DNA from: Bilabrum cf. latius
Taxonomy: Eukaryota
DNA length: 64,000 nucleotides
Assembly: GCA_965178125.1 (NCBI GenBank)
Contig: OZ237740.1
Location: forward strand, 992,001 to 1,056,000
Direction: 5' to 3'
The notes beneath the pieces are model-generated. The model saw only the letters and a program-made list of their open reading frames with translations, searched no databases and was not told the DNA's origin. A program made the translations under genes and the position numbers. This document shows, one piece after another, positions 11,571-29,563 of the stretch (positions are counted from its first letter, which is position 1; each line of letters opens with the position of its first letter).

Positions 11571-14500
11571 ATGAGCACCGCTGCAGCCGTAGTAAGCAGC
11601 GAACAGGATGGATCGGTACCAGAGGACCTAGTTCAGAAAGTTATCATGAACCCGTACGGGCTGGTGGAGCACAAGTTTCAGGCCGCGATGCAAGCCCGCC
11701 AATCCCAGGCGGGTGACATGTCGCGTAGAAACCCTGACGGCATTCCAGAAGGCGACTGGGGAATACCTGATGAAGTTCGGAGGGTTTTTTCTACACCCGG
11801 AGCTCTGGCCAAAGTGAGAAACCTGCACAAAGTATATCCAGTTGACGTGCTCCGTTGTCGATGCCGCAGTTCTAGCGTCTCAGCGCGTCGCTTTGATGAT
11901 CATTCGGAGTTGAACGCTAGCCGTGCAATAAAATCATTTCGCAGATTCCAATCATGAAGCGCTCAACGCTTGATCGGCTCCGTCCTGGGCAGCTCGTGCG
12001 GTTCAGGGGCATGGTGCAGGATCTCATCGAGTACAACATGTATTGCCCGGCCATGTGGCGTAAGGAGCGGAGCGGGCCAAACGCAGGCAAGAAATCTCTT
12101 GTGTGTGCCAAGTATCGAGATGTTCCCGCGCGCCCGGACGACGAAGCCACGAGTGCCAGCAGCCTGGCCCGTCGATTCTCAGCTTACCTGGTGCCAATCC
12201 CGGGTGAATCTGGCTGGGCCCGCTCCGCCAGCCTGGGCGCGGACCGCCCCAAGTCTCGTCGATCAGAGGAAGATATTAAGAAGGCCGCCGAGATGCTGTC
12301 GAAGCGAGGCAGTAGGAAGCGCAAGGCGCGCGATGGCGAGGACGAGCTGGAGGAGCACAGGCGGTCCGGCCCCTCGGTCGCAACTGCCAGTGGGGCCGCC
12401 ACGGGAGCCGGTGAGAAGAGCAGCACGAGCGCTAGCAGTGCCGCTATGACGGCCTCTGACGCCGACGGAGGGGAGGAGGGCGCCAGCAGCGCAAAGCGAG
12501 CCCGCGGGGACTGCTGCTCGCACGGCGGCAGCTGCTCGCGCTGCGATGGGCACGGGTGCTCGCACACGGGTCCGAGCGACAAGGTGGACGCCCCCCTGCC
12601 ACTCGAGGCCTTCAGCCCTACGCCGGGCTCCGAACGGGAGCTCCCCTGTCTCGCGCGCATGTACGACGCAGATGTCGAGCCGACCCCGCTGAGGATCGGC
12701 CAGGTTGTGGAGGTGATCGGCATCTACACCTATGACCCCTTGCTGAGCACAATGGGCGCCCCGGGCCAGACCAGGGACGCCTCCTCCTCCGCCCCCGTGG
12801 TGTCTAGCGGCAGCGAGTCTGCCCACCTCAAGATGAAGGGATACTGGGAGGCCCCCAACGAGGCCAGCATGCACGAGGAGGCCACCTTCAGAGGCATCCC
12901 TGTGGGCAGCCTTGTTCCCCGGCTGCAGGTCATGTCGTGGAGGAACCTCTCTTCCGCCTTCCCCGTGCTGTAGCCAGCGCCTGGTGCAGTCCCGGCGGTC
13001 CCCGCAGTACCTAGCGAGGAGCTGGCCAAGTGCAAGACCACCGAGGACGCCGCGAGGATCCGCCTGCCCGCCTCAGCGCACGCCCCCTTCTACAGCTTCC
13101 AGCCCGCGAGGCAGGACGACCCCGCCAAGCGGGCCGCGGAGTTCGTCAAGGCCGGCGGCGAGCGTGTCATGAAGGCAGCGGAGAGGACGGGCGGCATGCC
13201 CCGGGCCCTCATCCGCAGGAGCGGGATGGAGGAGGAACAGGCCACGGCCATCGCGGCGGCGAGGTCGCTGGTGCAGGCGCCCTAGATGCCGCAGGCTGCT
13301 CTGCGGAAGGTGCGCGACGAGTCCATCCGCGTGCTTCAGGCTGCGGTGGGCGGAGACTCGCTGGCTGCAGAGTTCCTTCTGCTCAATCTGATCTCCAGGG
13401 TGGTGAGCAGGCCCACCTCTGGTCCCGTGGGCGCTCTGCCCCTCAACATCATGGGCTGTCCCGAGCTCCCGGTCGACTTCGTGCCCGAGGGCATGGGCAA
13501 GGCAGACGAGCCATCGGGCAAAGGTGAGATGCCTTCCTCCGGCGCCGGGCAGGGCGGGGAAGACGAGGAGGGCGCGGACGACCCGAGCAACTACGCCAAG
13601 CCGGTGCTGCCCCTGGACAAGGGCGCGTCCCCCGCCGGCCGGCGCGTGGCCATGATCATCAAGGCCATCCGGCCTCGCGCCAGCCTCATCCCCATGAGAC
13701 TGGACAACATGAACTCGCTGCGGCTGGCGCCGATGAAGGACCACGTGGCGGAGAGGTTCCTAGCGGGGGCCCTGCAGCTGTCCGAGGGAACAAGCGTGGT
13801 GCTGGACCAGACCGTGATGGGGAGGGGCCCCGTGGGCAGCCGAGCCAACGGAAACCTCGTGGTGCTGCGGAAGCTGGCGGCTGAGGCGGTGCTGTGCTGC
13901 GACTGCGGGTTCGGATCCTCCGTGGAGCTGCCCGTGGACTTCCCTACGGTGATGCTGTCGGGCCCCCGCGCCATGCTGCACGAGCATTTCACCGTGGTGG
14001 GGCTCTCCGAGGTGGCCAGGACGCGGCTGGCCGAAGAGGCCAAGGCAGGATCGCAGGCGCCTCCAGCGCCACCGGCCGAGGTGCTCCGCCGCGTGCGCAA
14101 ATACCTGGCCATCGTGCGGAGCCTCCCCTTCCACATCAGCGAATCGCTGGACGAGAAGATCCGCAGCGACATTGTGGCGATCCGCGGCGCGGACAGGACG
14201 GTGCAGGCCGAAGACCTGCACCGGCTCATGACACTGACCCGGCTGATCTCCGCGAGTCTCGGGGAGGAGACCGTGTCCCTCGAGGCTTGGAAGCGCGCCA
14301 ACGCGATGGAGAGGGCGAGAAGGGCCCGCCTGCCTGCTTATGTGCAGAGGCAGATGCGGGAGCAGGCCGCCAAAGTGGCCAAGCAGGCAGCCGAGGCCAA
14401 GGCAGCCATTGAGGCCATGAAGAAGCAGCAGGGGGGGCTGCTTGCCGGCGCATCTGCCTCTGCCGGTGCCGCCTCCTCTTCGTCCGGCAGGGACGGCCTG

Positions 14501-14923
14501 AGCCTTTCTGCCGCGGAGGAAGAGCTCCTCAAGAGCGTGATGGAGGGCCGGCCCGTGGAGCCCGAGAGCAAGGGCAAGGGCAGCGGCAAGGCTAGCGGTG
14601 CCAGCGCGATGGCGGGGGATGAGAGCGACGACACGGACGACGAGGACGAAGCTTTCGGCAGCGCGGCGACACCCAAGCCCGTGGGCAGGGCAGGGGCCGG
14701 AAGTGCTCCCGCTGGCGTGTCGGTGGGGCGAGGGGGGCCGCGCGGAGCTCCCATGGGACGCAACCTGACCCCGGAGGAGGCCTTCTTGCTCGGCCGGCAG
14801 AGGAGACAGGCCAGAGCGGGTGCGGGTGTGGCCCAGCGGCCACCGGCCAGCGGTGCCTCGTCTGCGAGGCATGAGGCAATGCTGCGGGGTGCGGGCGAAG
14901 CGGGCGCGGTGATGCGGGATTGA
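11571..14923 (+). CDS. MCMBP: Mini-chromosome maintenance complex-binding protein; exons 11571-11813, 11945-14923
   Basis: LRPGQLVRFRGMVQD, VVEVIGIY, LVPRLQV, GGDSLAAEFLLLNLISRV, PMKD...LAGALQL motifs. Intron GTGAG 11814 to CGCAG 11944. TAG at 12971 and 13283; TGA 14921. Confidence 0.9.
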
Positions 14924-15165
14924 GCCTCACACGATACCAAGCTGCTTTGGCAATAACTTGTACTTCGACTGTAGCAGCTAGCACACATGATATGCATTTT
15001 TTGATGGTGTGATATTTTCTACTCCACAGTGTGTGCACTATCAATACATGCGTGCCAATTTCGCCCCCAAGCCGCCGACTAGCCCGTGCCCCCCGAGCCA
15101 GAAGCCCGACGCAAAGATCCGAGCAAGATGGCCTGGCAGGACCAGTCATAGCAAACAGGGGCGGG

Positions 15166-17568
15166 TCACACCTCGTCGGCGGGGTTGAGCTCAGCACCAC
15201 TGCGGGAGACTCCAACTTCGATGGCGCGAATGGACTTCACCGCGGTGGCCTCCCCCGTATGCGCCGTGGCACTTCGCGGGGTACCAGTCGAGGCTGCGAC
15301 CACTGGAGATCCAACCGTCCCCGCCTCCTCGCTGGTCTTATTTCCCCCCGGCGACAATGACCCTCTCTCCGCACCGCCCTCCTCCTCCTGCAGGGCCTTC
15401 TCCTGGGCCAGCGCGAACGCGGCGCAGTCCGCCTTGCCCTGCCTCAGGTCCACCGTGGCCAGCACGCACAGGCCCGTGATGAGCATGAAGATGTTGTACA
15501 CGACGATCCACCTGGGCTGCCCCGTGGCAGTCTGCAGGGCGGAGAAGACGAGCGGCCCGATGAAGCTGCTGCCTTTGTCGCTGACCTCGTAGATGCCCAT
15601 GAGCGCCGACTCGAACCCCAGCGGGATGAGCGTGCTCATGATGGACCGAGAGTGGGCGATGAAGGGGCCAATCGCCAGGCCCAGCACCACGGCCATTCCG
15701 ATGAGCTCCGTCCCCAGCTTGAGTCCGATGGTGGTCCCTGGGAACAGCCCGATCCCCCCCCATGCGGCGAGCAGCATCACCACGACGATGCTGACCATCA
15801 GGTGCGACTTGGGCGAGGTGCCACAGGACTGTGACAGGAACAGGGACAGCTGGGCACCGGCGATAGACAGCAGCGGCACGATGAGGAAGAGCACCGTGAT
15901 GCCTATCCCCGGCGGGATGCAGCCCCAGTCCACGAAGCTGTTGGCGAACAAACCGGCCAGCGAGGAGATGGCGAACACGCCGTCGCTCGTTAGGAACCAC
16001 GCAACCATGTACCGGGCCGTCTGCGGCAGGGCACACAGCACCCGGAACGTCTCGACGAGCTCCACGCACGACTGATTGACGTATCCGGTCCCCGGCGGCA
16101 GCGGGGGCCCGGGCCTGGGCCTCAGGCGGAGGAAGGGCAAAGCGGAGAACCCGATCCACCAGATGCCCCCCAGCATGGTGGCCACGCGGTAGGAAGTCAG
16201 GGTGGCCAGTAAAAAGGCGAAGGGGATCACCAGTATGATGGACAGGGTCCCAGCGACCTGGCCGCAGATGAACCCGCTGACCGAGAGCTCGTCGCTGAGG
16301 AACAGCTCGTAGGCGTACAGCGCCATGCTCTTGTCTTTGGAGGGCCACAGGGCGGACTTCTTGCTGAGCTCGCCCACGACCTCGCTGTGCTCCTTCTCCT
16401 GGTCGGAGGGGGCGATCACTAGCCGCTCGTTGGAGTTGGACTTGGCAGGCGGCGAGTCGGCGGCGGGGCTGCGCTGCGGCTGCCCCACCACCGGGGTGTC
16501 GCCTGGGGCGGGGGGCTCGTTGGTGGAGTCGAATGCTCGCTCCCGCAGCAAGAGACCCCCTGAGGTCGCTCTGACCGTGAAGCCCGCGGGCGCGGTGAGC
16601 CTGTCTCTATCGTGGGCGTAGCTGGCCAGCATGAACGTCTCGACGGCTTTGGGCGGGAGGGGCTGCTGCGTGTCGGCTGCGAACTCGGCGTCTCGCATCT
16701 CGGGGCGAGCCTTGGTAAGAACACCCAGGTATGCGTTAAGCATCATCATGCCGGCACCGAACGCGGCGTTGCTGATGAGGAGCAGAGGCCCGCCGAGCCA
16801 CCAGGTGTCGGCAACCACAAAGATGCCGAGAATGGAGGCAATGCCACCGATAAGAGTGGCAGCCATCATGCATGTTCTTCGGAGATTGTTGTAATCTCCC
16901 ACAGCACCGAGTGTGAGAAACATAACTGCCTAGATCCCGACGCTCACGCTGATAAACAGAGTAGCGTACGCTGTTGGGTCAATCCCACCAGAGCCCCCGC
17001 CGGCTCTAAGCTGGAAGCGGCCGCTCCCGTCGCTCTCTCTGCATTGTTCTGCCAGCGGCACTTCTCCCCGACAAAAGTCTCCGACGCAGATGGGGTCCAC
17101 GTCCTGGCCGCAGTCGGGAGTCTTGATCGGGTCGGAGGTTACATACATGAACTCGGGCAAATCGTCTACACCACCGGCTGTAGAGTTCAGGAAAACATCC
17201 CGGATCTAGACAGGATCACTTATCTGATTGGGGCAGATCCCTGGGAAGCCGCTGCTTTCTAATGCAGCCTGCTGCAGAAGCAGCGGAAAGAAGCCCACAA
17301 GCGCAGACTGAACCCACCCAGAACTTGCAAAGTCCCACCACTTCCATGCGGATAACTCTTCCGGAGTAGCATCGGGGTGTAACTTGCGAACGCTGGCAGA
17401 GCTTTTGCGGTGGGGAGTTCCGTCAGCAGGAGAGGCCCCGCGAGCCGGAGCTTGAGCAGACTCAGACGCTGCCAGGCACGGGCAACAGCACTCGCTGGCT
17501 TCCTTCCACGGATCAAATGGTATTCCAAGAATGGGAGGTCGCCGCAGGCTTCTTGTCGGGGCGGCCAT
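15166..17568 (-). CDS. Atg22/UMF1-family MFS transporter (vacuolar effluxer-like)
   Basis: ELSAWKWWDFASS, SVSVGI-Q(TAG 16930)-AVMFLTLGAVGDY, AWFLTSDG, SRSIMSTLIPLGFESALMGIYEVSDKGSSFIGP motifs. Second TAG at 17206; TGA at 15166. Confidence 0.88.
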
Positions 17569-17922
17569 GGTGCGAGAAGGGCGACTAAATTAACCCAGAA
17601 GCAACGGTTGCTTCTGGTCCAAAGAATTAAGAATGGTTCGCTACTCGCGGTTAACCTTGCAGAAAGTAGGGCCACAATGTCACTGCTGCAGAAGAGGCAA
17701 CCAATCGAAACGGATTTGGTCCAAGTAATGATCCATTGTTATTCCGCGGGTCACAGTCATCACACACGGGTGCCAGTGGCCACAAGCGGGACGCCGAGCT
17801 TGTGCTGGGTTGTTAGATTGCCGCGCGCCCACGGGTGCGCATACTATAGTGCGCGAAGCTTTTCACGCCTGACCACTGCCCAGGAAGACCAGGCAATGGT
17901 CCAGACTCGCAGTCGCCACTTC

Positions 17923-19062
17923 TCACGTGGACCCACCGCGAGGACCTCTCAGCGGGTCCTCCCAGCCGACCACACTGGCAGGCACCCGATGCGAGGGGAG
18001 GAGTGGTTCCAACCCCCCCGTGGTACCGCCACCTACCTCCTCACCCCTTCTATCGCCATGCCGACGGAACGTGCAGAGGCTGTACCCGATCGGCACGCCA
18101 GGCCCCAGTACGCCAGGGCTTGCAGGGTCGTCACCACCCACTGCCACTGCAGGTGAGGGGGCCGAGGCTGAGGCCGAGGAGGAGGCTCCACCGGCGCTAC
18201 TCGCTGACCCTGCTGACGCACCAGCAGTTTTCGTCCCATTGCCTGCACCGCTGGCAGCATTCGACTGGGGCCGGAAGCCGCCGGTCTCCTCCTCTCCCGC
18301 GATGTCCTCCCCTGTCGGGTGGAAGAGCTCGAATCTGCAGGCCTTGAGGAACACCTCGCCCGCCGACTGGGCGTCTAGACCCATCAGTGATTCTTCGCAC
18401 ACACCGACGAGCTCATCGCCGACTTGCAGCCTGAGTTTCCGAGCGATGGCAGAGGCCGGGTCGATCGAACCGATCGTGAGGTACGGGCTGCCTGGCGTGT
18501 CGTGCAGCGAGATGCCGAGCCTGCAGCGAGCGGTGCTTCGAATGGTAGCAGCTCGCATTTCAATGGGCTCTCGTTTTACTTTGCCGGCCACGGCTCCGCC
18601 CTCCGGGATCCCCGAGTACCTTGGCACCAGCACCCGCACGCTCAGCAGCGTGTGCGAGCTTGCCAACGCCCGGCTCGTAGATCTACCCTGGCGTTGCGAT
18701 TCCAAAGCAGAAAACCAAGAAGCGGGGCACGGGACGACCAGTCCATCTCCCGGGATTGTGGACGCGGAGCCTTCGGATCCGACCGACTCCACCGCTGGAC
18801 TGCGCGATACGCCGGCGGTTGATTCCCGCACAGGCAGCAGATCATCCCCATCTATGCTACGAGATACACCTATCGAGTACCCGATTCCAAGCTTGAATGA
18901 CCTGTCGGCGAAATTGCTTGAGTACTTCGATGAGGTCCCAAGCCAGGACAACCCAAACGACTAAACGCCTATCGATCTGGCACTCGTGGCAGGTTTAGAC
19001 GAATCGTGACTGGGCTAGCGTGCAACTGTAATTTCATCAACTCGAACTGCTTTCCCTGCCAT
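17923..19062 (-). CDS. PDZ-domain-containing protein
   Basis: RLGISL...LTIGSIDPASAIARKLRLQVGDELVGV PDZ signature. Frame extends through TAG 18961 and 19015 to ATG 19062; TGA at 17923. Confidence 0.7.
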
Positions 19063-19239
19063 TTCGACTCAAGCGCTGGTTTGTGTGGGCCGAACGAATC
19101 CATACTTGGCAGTGCAGTGCATCTCAGTTTGCCGAACAATTCCGTACGGTGCCTGGCCTGGTTGATAGAGACGCACACAAGTGATACTTTCGATTTGAAT
19201 CACCATTACCATGCCAAGCTTGCCGTGGTCACCGGCAAA

Positions 19240-22050
19240 TCAGTCCTCATCCTAAGCAACAAACTGCTGGACCCCGACCTGCACCAGCGTGTGCCTGCAC
19301 TCGCCGCGCGGGCCGCTGCCACTGCCACTGCCGTCGGAGGCCCGCACTCGCAGGGATAGCCCCCTGCCCGCCAGTGGGACAGAGCCACCGGGCCGAGCCT
19401 GAGGCTGCTCCACCTCGAAGGCGACCACGTGCCTGCCACTCACGCCCGCGAGATGCCCCGCCCGCAGCAGTCCGAACCCGTTGGCAGCCAGAATCAGCTC
19501 ATCTGTCTTGCCACCCCCGCCGATGTCAGCCACCCGTGCAGAACTAGGGGCGCACGTGGTGTCGACGAGCGCGAGCACACGCAAAGTCTAGCCCGTGGCC
19601 GCAACTGCAGCGGACGGGATGAGCGCCTCGCCCGCACTGCTTGCGTTCAGGACGAGGGCACGCCTCTCCTCTCGTTCATCGATGCTCAGGGCCAGAGACT
19701 CGTACCCCGCGCCGATGGGGGCGAAGCCAGCGACGGCCCGCGCAAAGTCCAGCTTGGCGTGAACGGGGAGCAGGAAGGAACAGGACTTGCCAGCTGGAGT
19801 AGCTCGGCACAGCGCCTCTCTCGTGACGCTCTTGGGGACCCCTCCCACGCACCGGAATCCAACGGTCCCTGCCCTCTCGTAGCTGTCGTCCCACAGGATC
19901 AGCTTGTTGTGGTAGTCGAGGCGCATGTCCTTGGGCTGCGGGAAGTACCACTTTGATCCCTGCGGCTGGTAGTTGCTGCCCCCCTTCAGCACAACTCCCC
20001 TCGAGTGCTCGTCCTGAAACTCGCTCGTGTACTGCCACACGTTGCCCACGAGCGACACGAGCCCAGAGGACGAGTTGCAGTAGCCCGGCATTGCGTCCAC
20101 ATCGCTCGGGCCCGGCAATGTCCTTCCCCTGCCAACCTGCGGAAGGCAGCTGGCGTTGTTATGCGGCCCCCACGGGTACGGGTTGAGGTCTGTATTGTTG
20201 GGCCGACCCATGTCTACCTGCGCTGCCCATTGCCACTCATACGTCAGCGGGAGGCGCATGCCGCTCCACTCGCAGTAGCGCTCGGCGTCGCGAAGGCTGA
20301 CGTAGGTGACGGGCTTGTTCTTCAGCTCGGCGGGAAGGACCGGCTGGCCGCTGTTCCAGTCCCAATTCTTCAGGAACGAGGACGAGTCCGCTGGCTTGTA
20401 GGATGATTCCGAGAGGAATTCGGCGTACTGGGAGCACGTGGTGGGCGCCACTTGCACATCGAAGGCCGGCATGGTCATGGAAGCCTGGTGCTCCCGCTGG
20501 GGGTGCGACTCCCACGGGAACTGCACGTCCACCCCGCGGTCGTCGTTGCCCTCGATCTCCATCCCCTGCGTCTCGAAGTGGTACAGGCCGGCGGGCAGGC
20601 GCGTGGTGCCGGGCCGCGGTTGCGCTCTAGCAGTGGTCAAGCCGGTGTAGGACACCATCTCCTGCAGCGTGTACCTCCAGGTAGCGTCGTACGAGGCCAA
20701 CGCTCGCTTGGACATTGAGCTCATCGTGCGCAAGAACCCCGCTAGGCTAGGTGAGGATGCCTCCGTGAGTGTCGTAAGAAGCACGCACCCGAACGCACCC
20801 GCCTCTACGTCCAGGCTGATGGCAGCGCCAGACGAAATGGGGCCGAGGGACTGGCCATGGTAGCAGTCGTACGCAATTGTTCCCTGAGGATGACCTGACG
20901 GGTCGAGCTGCAGCACAGGACCGCTGTAGTTGCGGCCGTCCCAGGACACGAGCGTGTAAGCGGTCGCCGAGCCGTCCTCGGCAGGGAACACGGAGCCGAA
21001 GACGCCCGCTTCGTCCGCCTCCTGCGCGAGCACAACGTAGGGTTCCCACGAGCGAGAGCGCAGAAGGGGCGGGATGGCGGGTCCGGAGGATGGTGCCTTC
21101 CTCCCGAGGTAGCGCGCCATGGTGGCGAAGCGGCGCGTGGCTTCCGAGTCGCGGGCCGTCATGCGGTTGTACACCGTCCACACGTTCTGCCACGATACGA
21201 ACGCGATCCCGTTGAACCACGCGTGCATTAGATCAGCCGTGTGGTTCTGCGCCCATCGATTGCAGATGCCCGTGACCCGTCGCCCGTCGAGCCATTTGTA
21301 CCCATCGACGGGAGGACCCCTGCCGAGCTGAAAGGGCCAGTAGCCCCAGCCCTGCGTGGACCACTTCATGGTGGAGTGATTTCCGCCCAGCTCTGGCTCG
21401 ATGCTGATGTGCTTGCCGTACTTGGTGGCGGCGGTGTAGAAGGTTTGGTTTACAAACGACATGGTGTCGCCATTGAAGCCGTCAGCGTCGAGTTGCTCCA
21501 GAAGGTCGGCCATGGCCACCGGATCGCTCCGGCCCTCGTACCGTGTTCCTTGGTCCCATGGGTTGTACGGCATGAGCACGCGAACGCCTTGCGCTTTGAG
21601 CGCTTGGATAGCCGTCGCCAGCGCCTGGATGCCGCCCGAGGGAGCGGCACGCCACAGATCGAACTGATTGCGATCATCGACTCCCGTCATCGGGTAGGTG
21701 GGCCACAACAGCACAGAATCTACGCCACCGTACTGCTCCTTCAGGTAGTCAACGTACAGCTCAGGCGTGTATTGCGCTGTGCTGTAATTGTAAAATTTCC
21801 GGTCAAATGGATGCATCTACGGCTGCACAAAATTAGACTGCGTCCACTCCAAACCAGACACATTGTAAACACCCTATCCATCCCATCCAATACCAACAAG
21901 GGTCCTGCTCCGGTTCAACTTGATCTACGCCAGCCATTCGCTGCGCTGCGATCTTGACGCCGGGCCAGCGAACACTTCATCCTGCTGCCAATCGTCCGCC
22001 AGAGTCCCACTTGTGCTTGCGAGCACTGCAGCTAGAGCTACTAATTGCAT
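19240..22050 (-). CDS. Secreted protein with N-terminal TIM-barrel/GH-like region and FGE-sulfatase (SUMF1-like) domain
   Basis: Signal peptide MQLVALAAVLASTSG. KPVTYVSLRDAERYCEWSGMRLPLTYEWQWAA, YPWG, LVGNVWQYT, KGGS and TVGFRCV are FGE-fold motifs. TAG at 21925, 21874, 21817, 19588, 19252; TGA at 19240; no intron needed. Confidence 0.85.
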
Positions 22051-22346
22051 TTTTTCCCGGTGCGCTGGAGCCCCAAAGCAGTGGGTTGAAGGCAGGAAAC
22101 GCTTCGAAAGATCCGACCTTCAACTAGCGTGCAGTGCGCAAGCCGCCGGCGTGCACCGTGCCGTTTGCGTGCCTTGTGCTAGGCGCGAGCCTGGAGTTGA
22201 CTTTGCAGTGCTAACACAAGCCGTTTGTCTCTGTTCAAGGCCGTGCTATATTGATCACATCAGCGCTGCTTGAGGTCGGACCATATGCCAGTGAAGAGAA
22301 GGTTCAAGTACAACAGGCGGCACTCCAGCCAGTTCACGCGATGCGT

Positions 22347-23381
22347 TTAACCCGATCCTCCCCCATCGGACGGAGGCGGCTACGCGCCAGCAAGAGGGCT
22401 CCTTGCAGACTGCCCCTCCCCCCGAGCTCCTGCCCCTGCTCCTGCTCGCCCCTCGGTCTCGTCCTCTTCTTCCTTGCCCTGACCCGCCCCCTCCCCCGCT
22501 CGACCCCCGCTACCTGGCGTCCCACCACCTTCACCGTGCTCACCCTAGCCACCATTGGTTCCGGCCGCGTTGCCACGTTCCTCCCCATCCCCGCCCCCAG
22601 CCCCAGCCGCTTCTCCCCCGCCCCCTCCTCGGCCCCCTCTCCTCCTCAGGTGCCCCAGCGATTCAATCCGTTCCAATTCCGATATACCCACGCTATCGCT
22701 GGCTACAACTGCCCCACTGTTCCTAGGCTGCTTACCAGCAGCTTCAGTACCAGCCCTGCCATTCCTTGGAGCAGCTGCCCCGTGGCCGCCCTTGCCGTAC
22801 TTATCGTGCCATCGCACCAGCCTACCCTCACCATCGTACGTTAGCCAATCTTCAGGATAGGGCACTTTTGGAGCCTCTGGCTGCTATCTTGAGGCTACTG
22901 GGCTCGATTCTGGGTCCCGACTGACTCGAAGTAGCTCCGTGATTGCTGCTCGTTTCGCCTTCTATTCAGCGATCTGCCGCACGTGCTCCCTTTGCGCTTC
23001 AAAATCGCTGTCTTGCACATCGCTTCCACCGCTAGGACTGGTTGACGAGCTGCGGCGGCAGCAAGTACAGCATTCACAAGACGTTGAAGCAACAGCCGAA
23101 CCGCCACCTGCAAACATGGGAGATACGCACGCCATGCCACACGAGTCCAGCATACCGACTATTATGTCGCTTCCTAGATACAAGATGACTGAAACTACCA
23201 GCATAACGATGCCTGCAATCAGCATAGGCTCATTTCCGCCCTACAAGCTGAGGTTCTTGCCTGCACTCTCGTCATGCCGAGCCACCTGCTCGATCGCAAC
23301 CAATACAGATCCAGCGAGCAGGGCCAGAATGCACGCTATTGATGGAAACCAATAATTGCACCCTTGCATCGCGGATACCAT
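22347..23381 (-). CDS. Hypothetical membrane protein (2 TM segments, Cys-rich patch, Gly-rich tail)
   Basis: ORFs 23241-23432, 22962-23225 and 22545-22865 are in one frame, joined across five TAGs. ATG 23381 in gcagccATGG context; ends TAA at 22347. Start uncertain. Confidence 0.6.
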
Positions 23382-23527
23382 GGCTGCGCACGGCTGCTTG
23401 TCGAAGGGTGCAAGGAGTATTGCCGTGCCCAAATCTGCCCAAATTGCACGTTACTACCACATACAAAATCAGTTGCAGAGAACCCATTTGCACCCACCAA
23501 ACAGCACCTCCTGCGGGAATTTTCCCC

Positions 23528-29362
<5,835 letters not shown>

Positions 29363-29563
29363 TACGTGATACGTGGAGTTTGAATTGGTCGGATCGATCC
29401 GATCCGCACTCGTCACTGCACCCAGGCGCTAACCACGGTTTTTTGTCCGTAGCTCACTGCATTACCATTGGGTCCGAATAGAAATCGATGATATTATCGA
29501 CAAGACGTTAATAAATTAAACGTACCCAACTGCTTGCTGGTGGGAAAACCGAGATAAAATACA

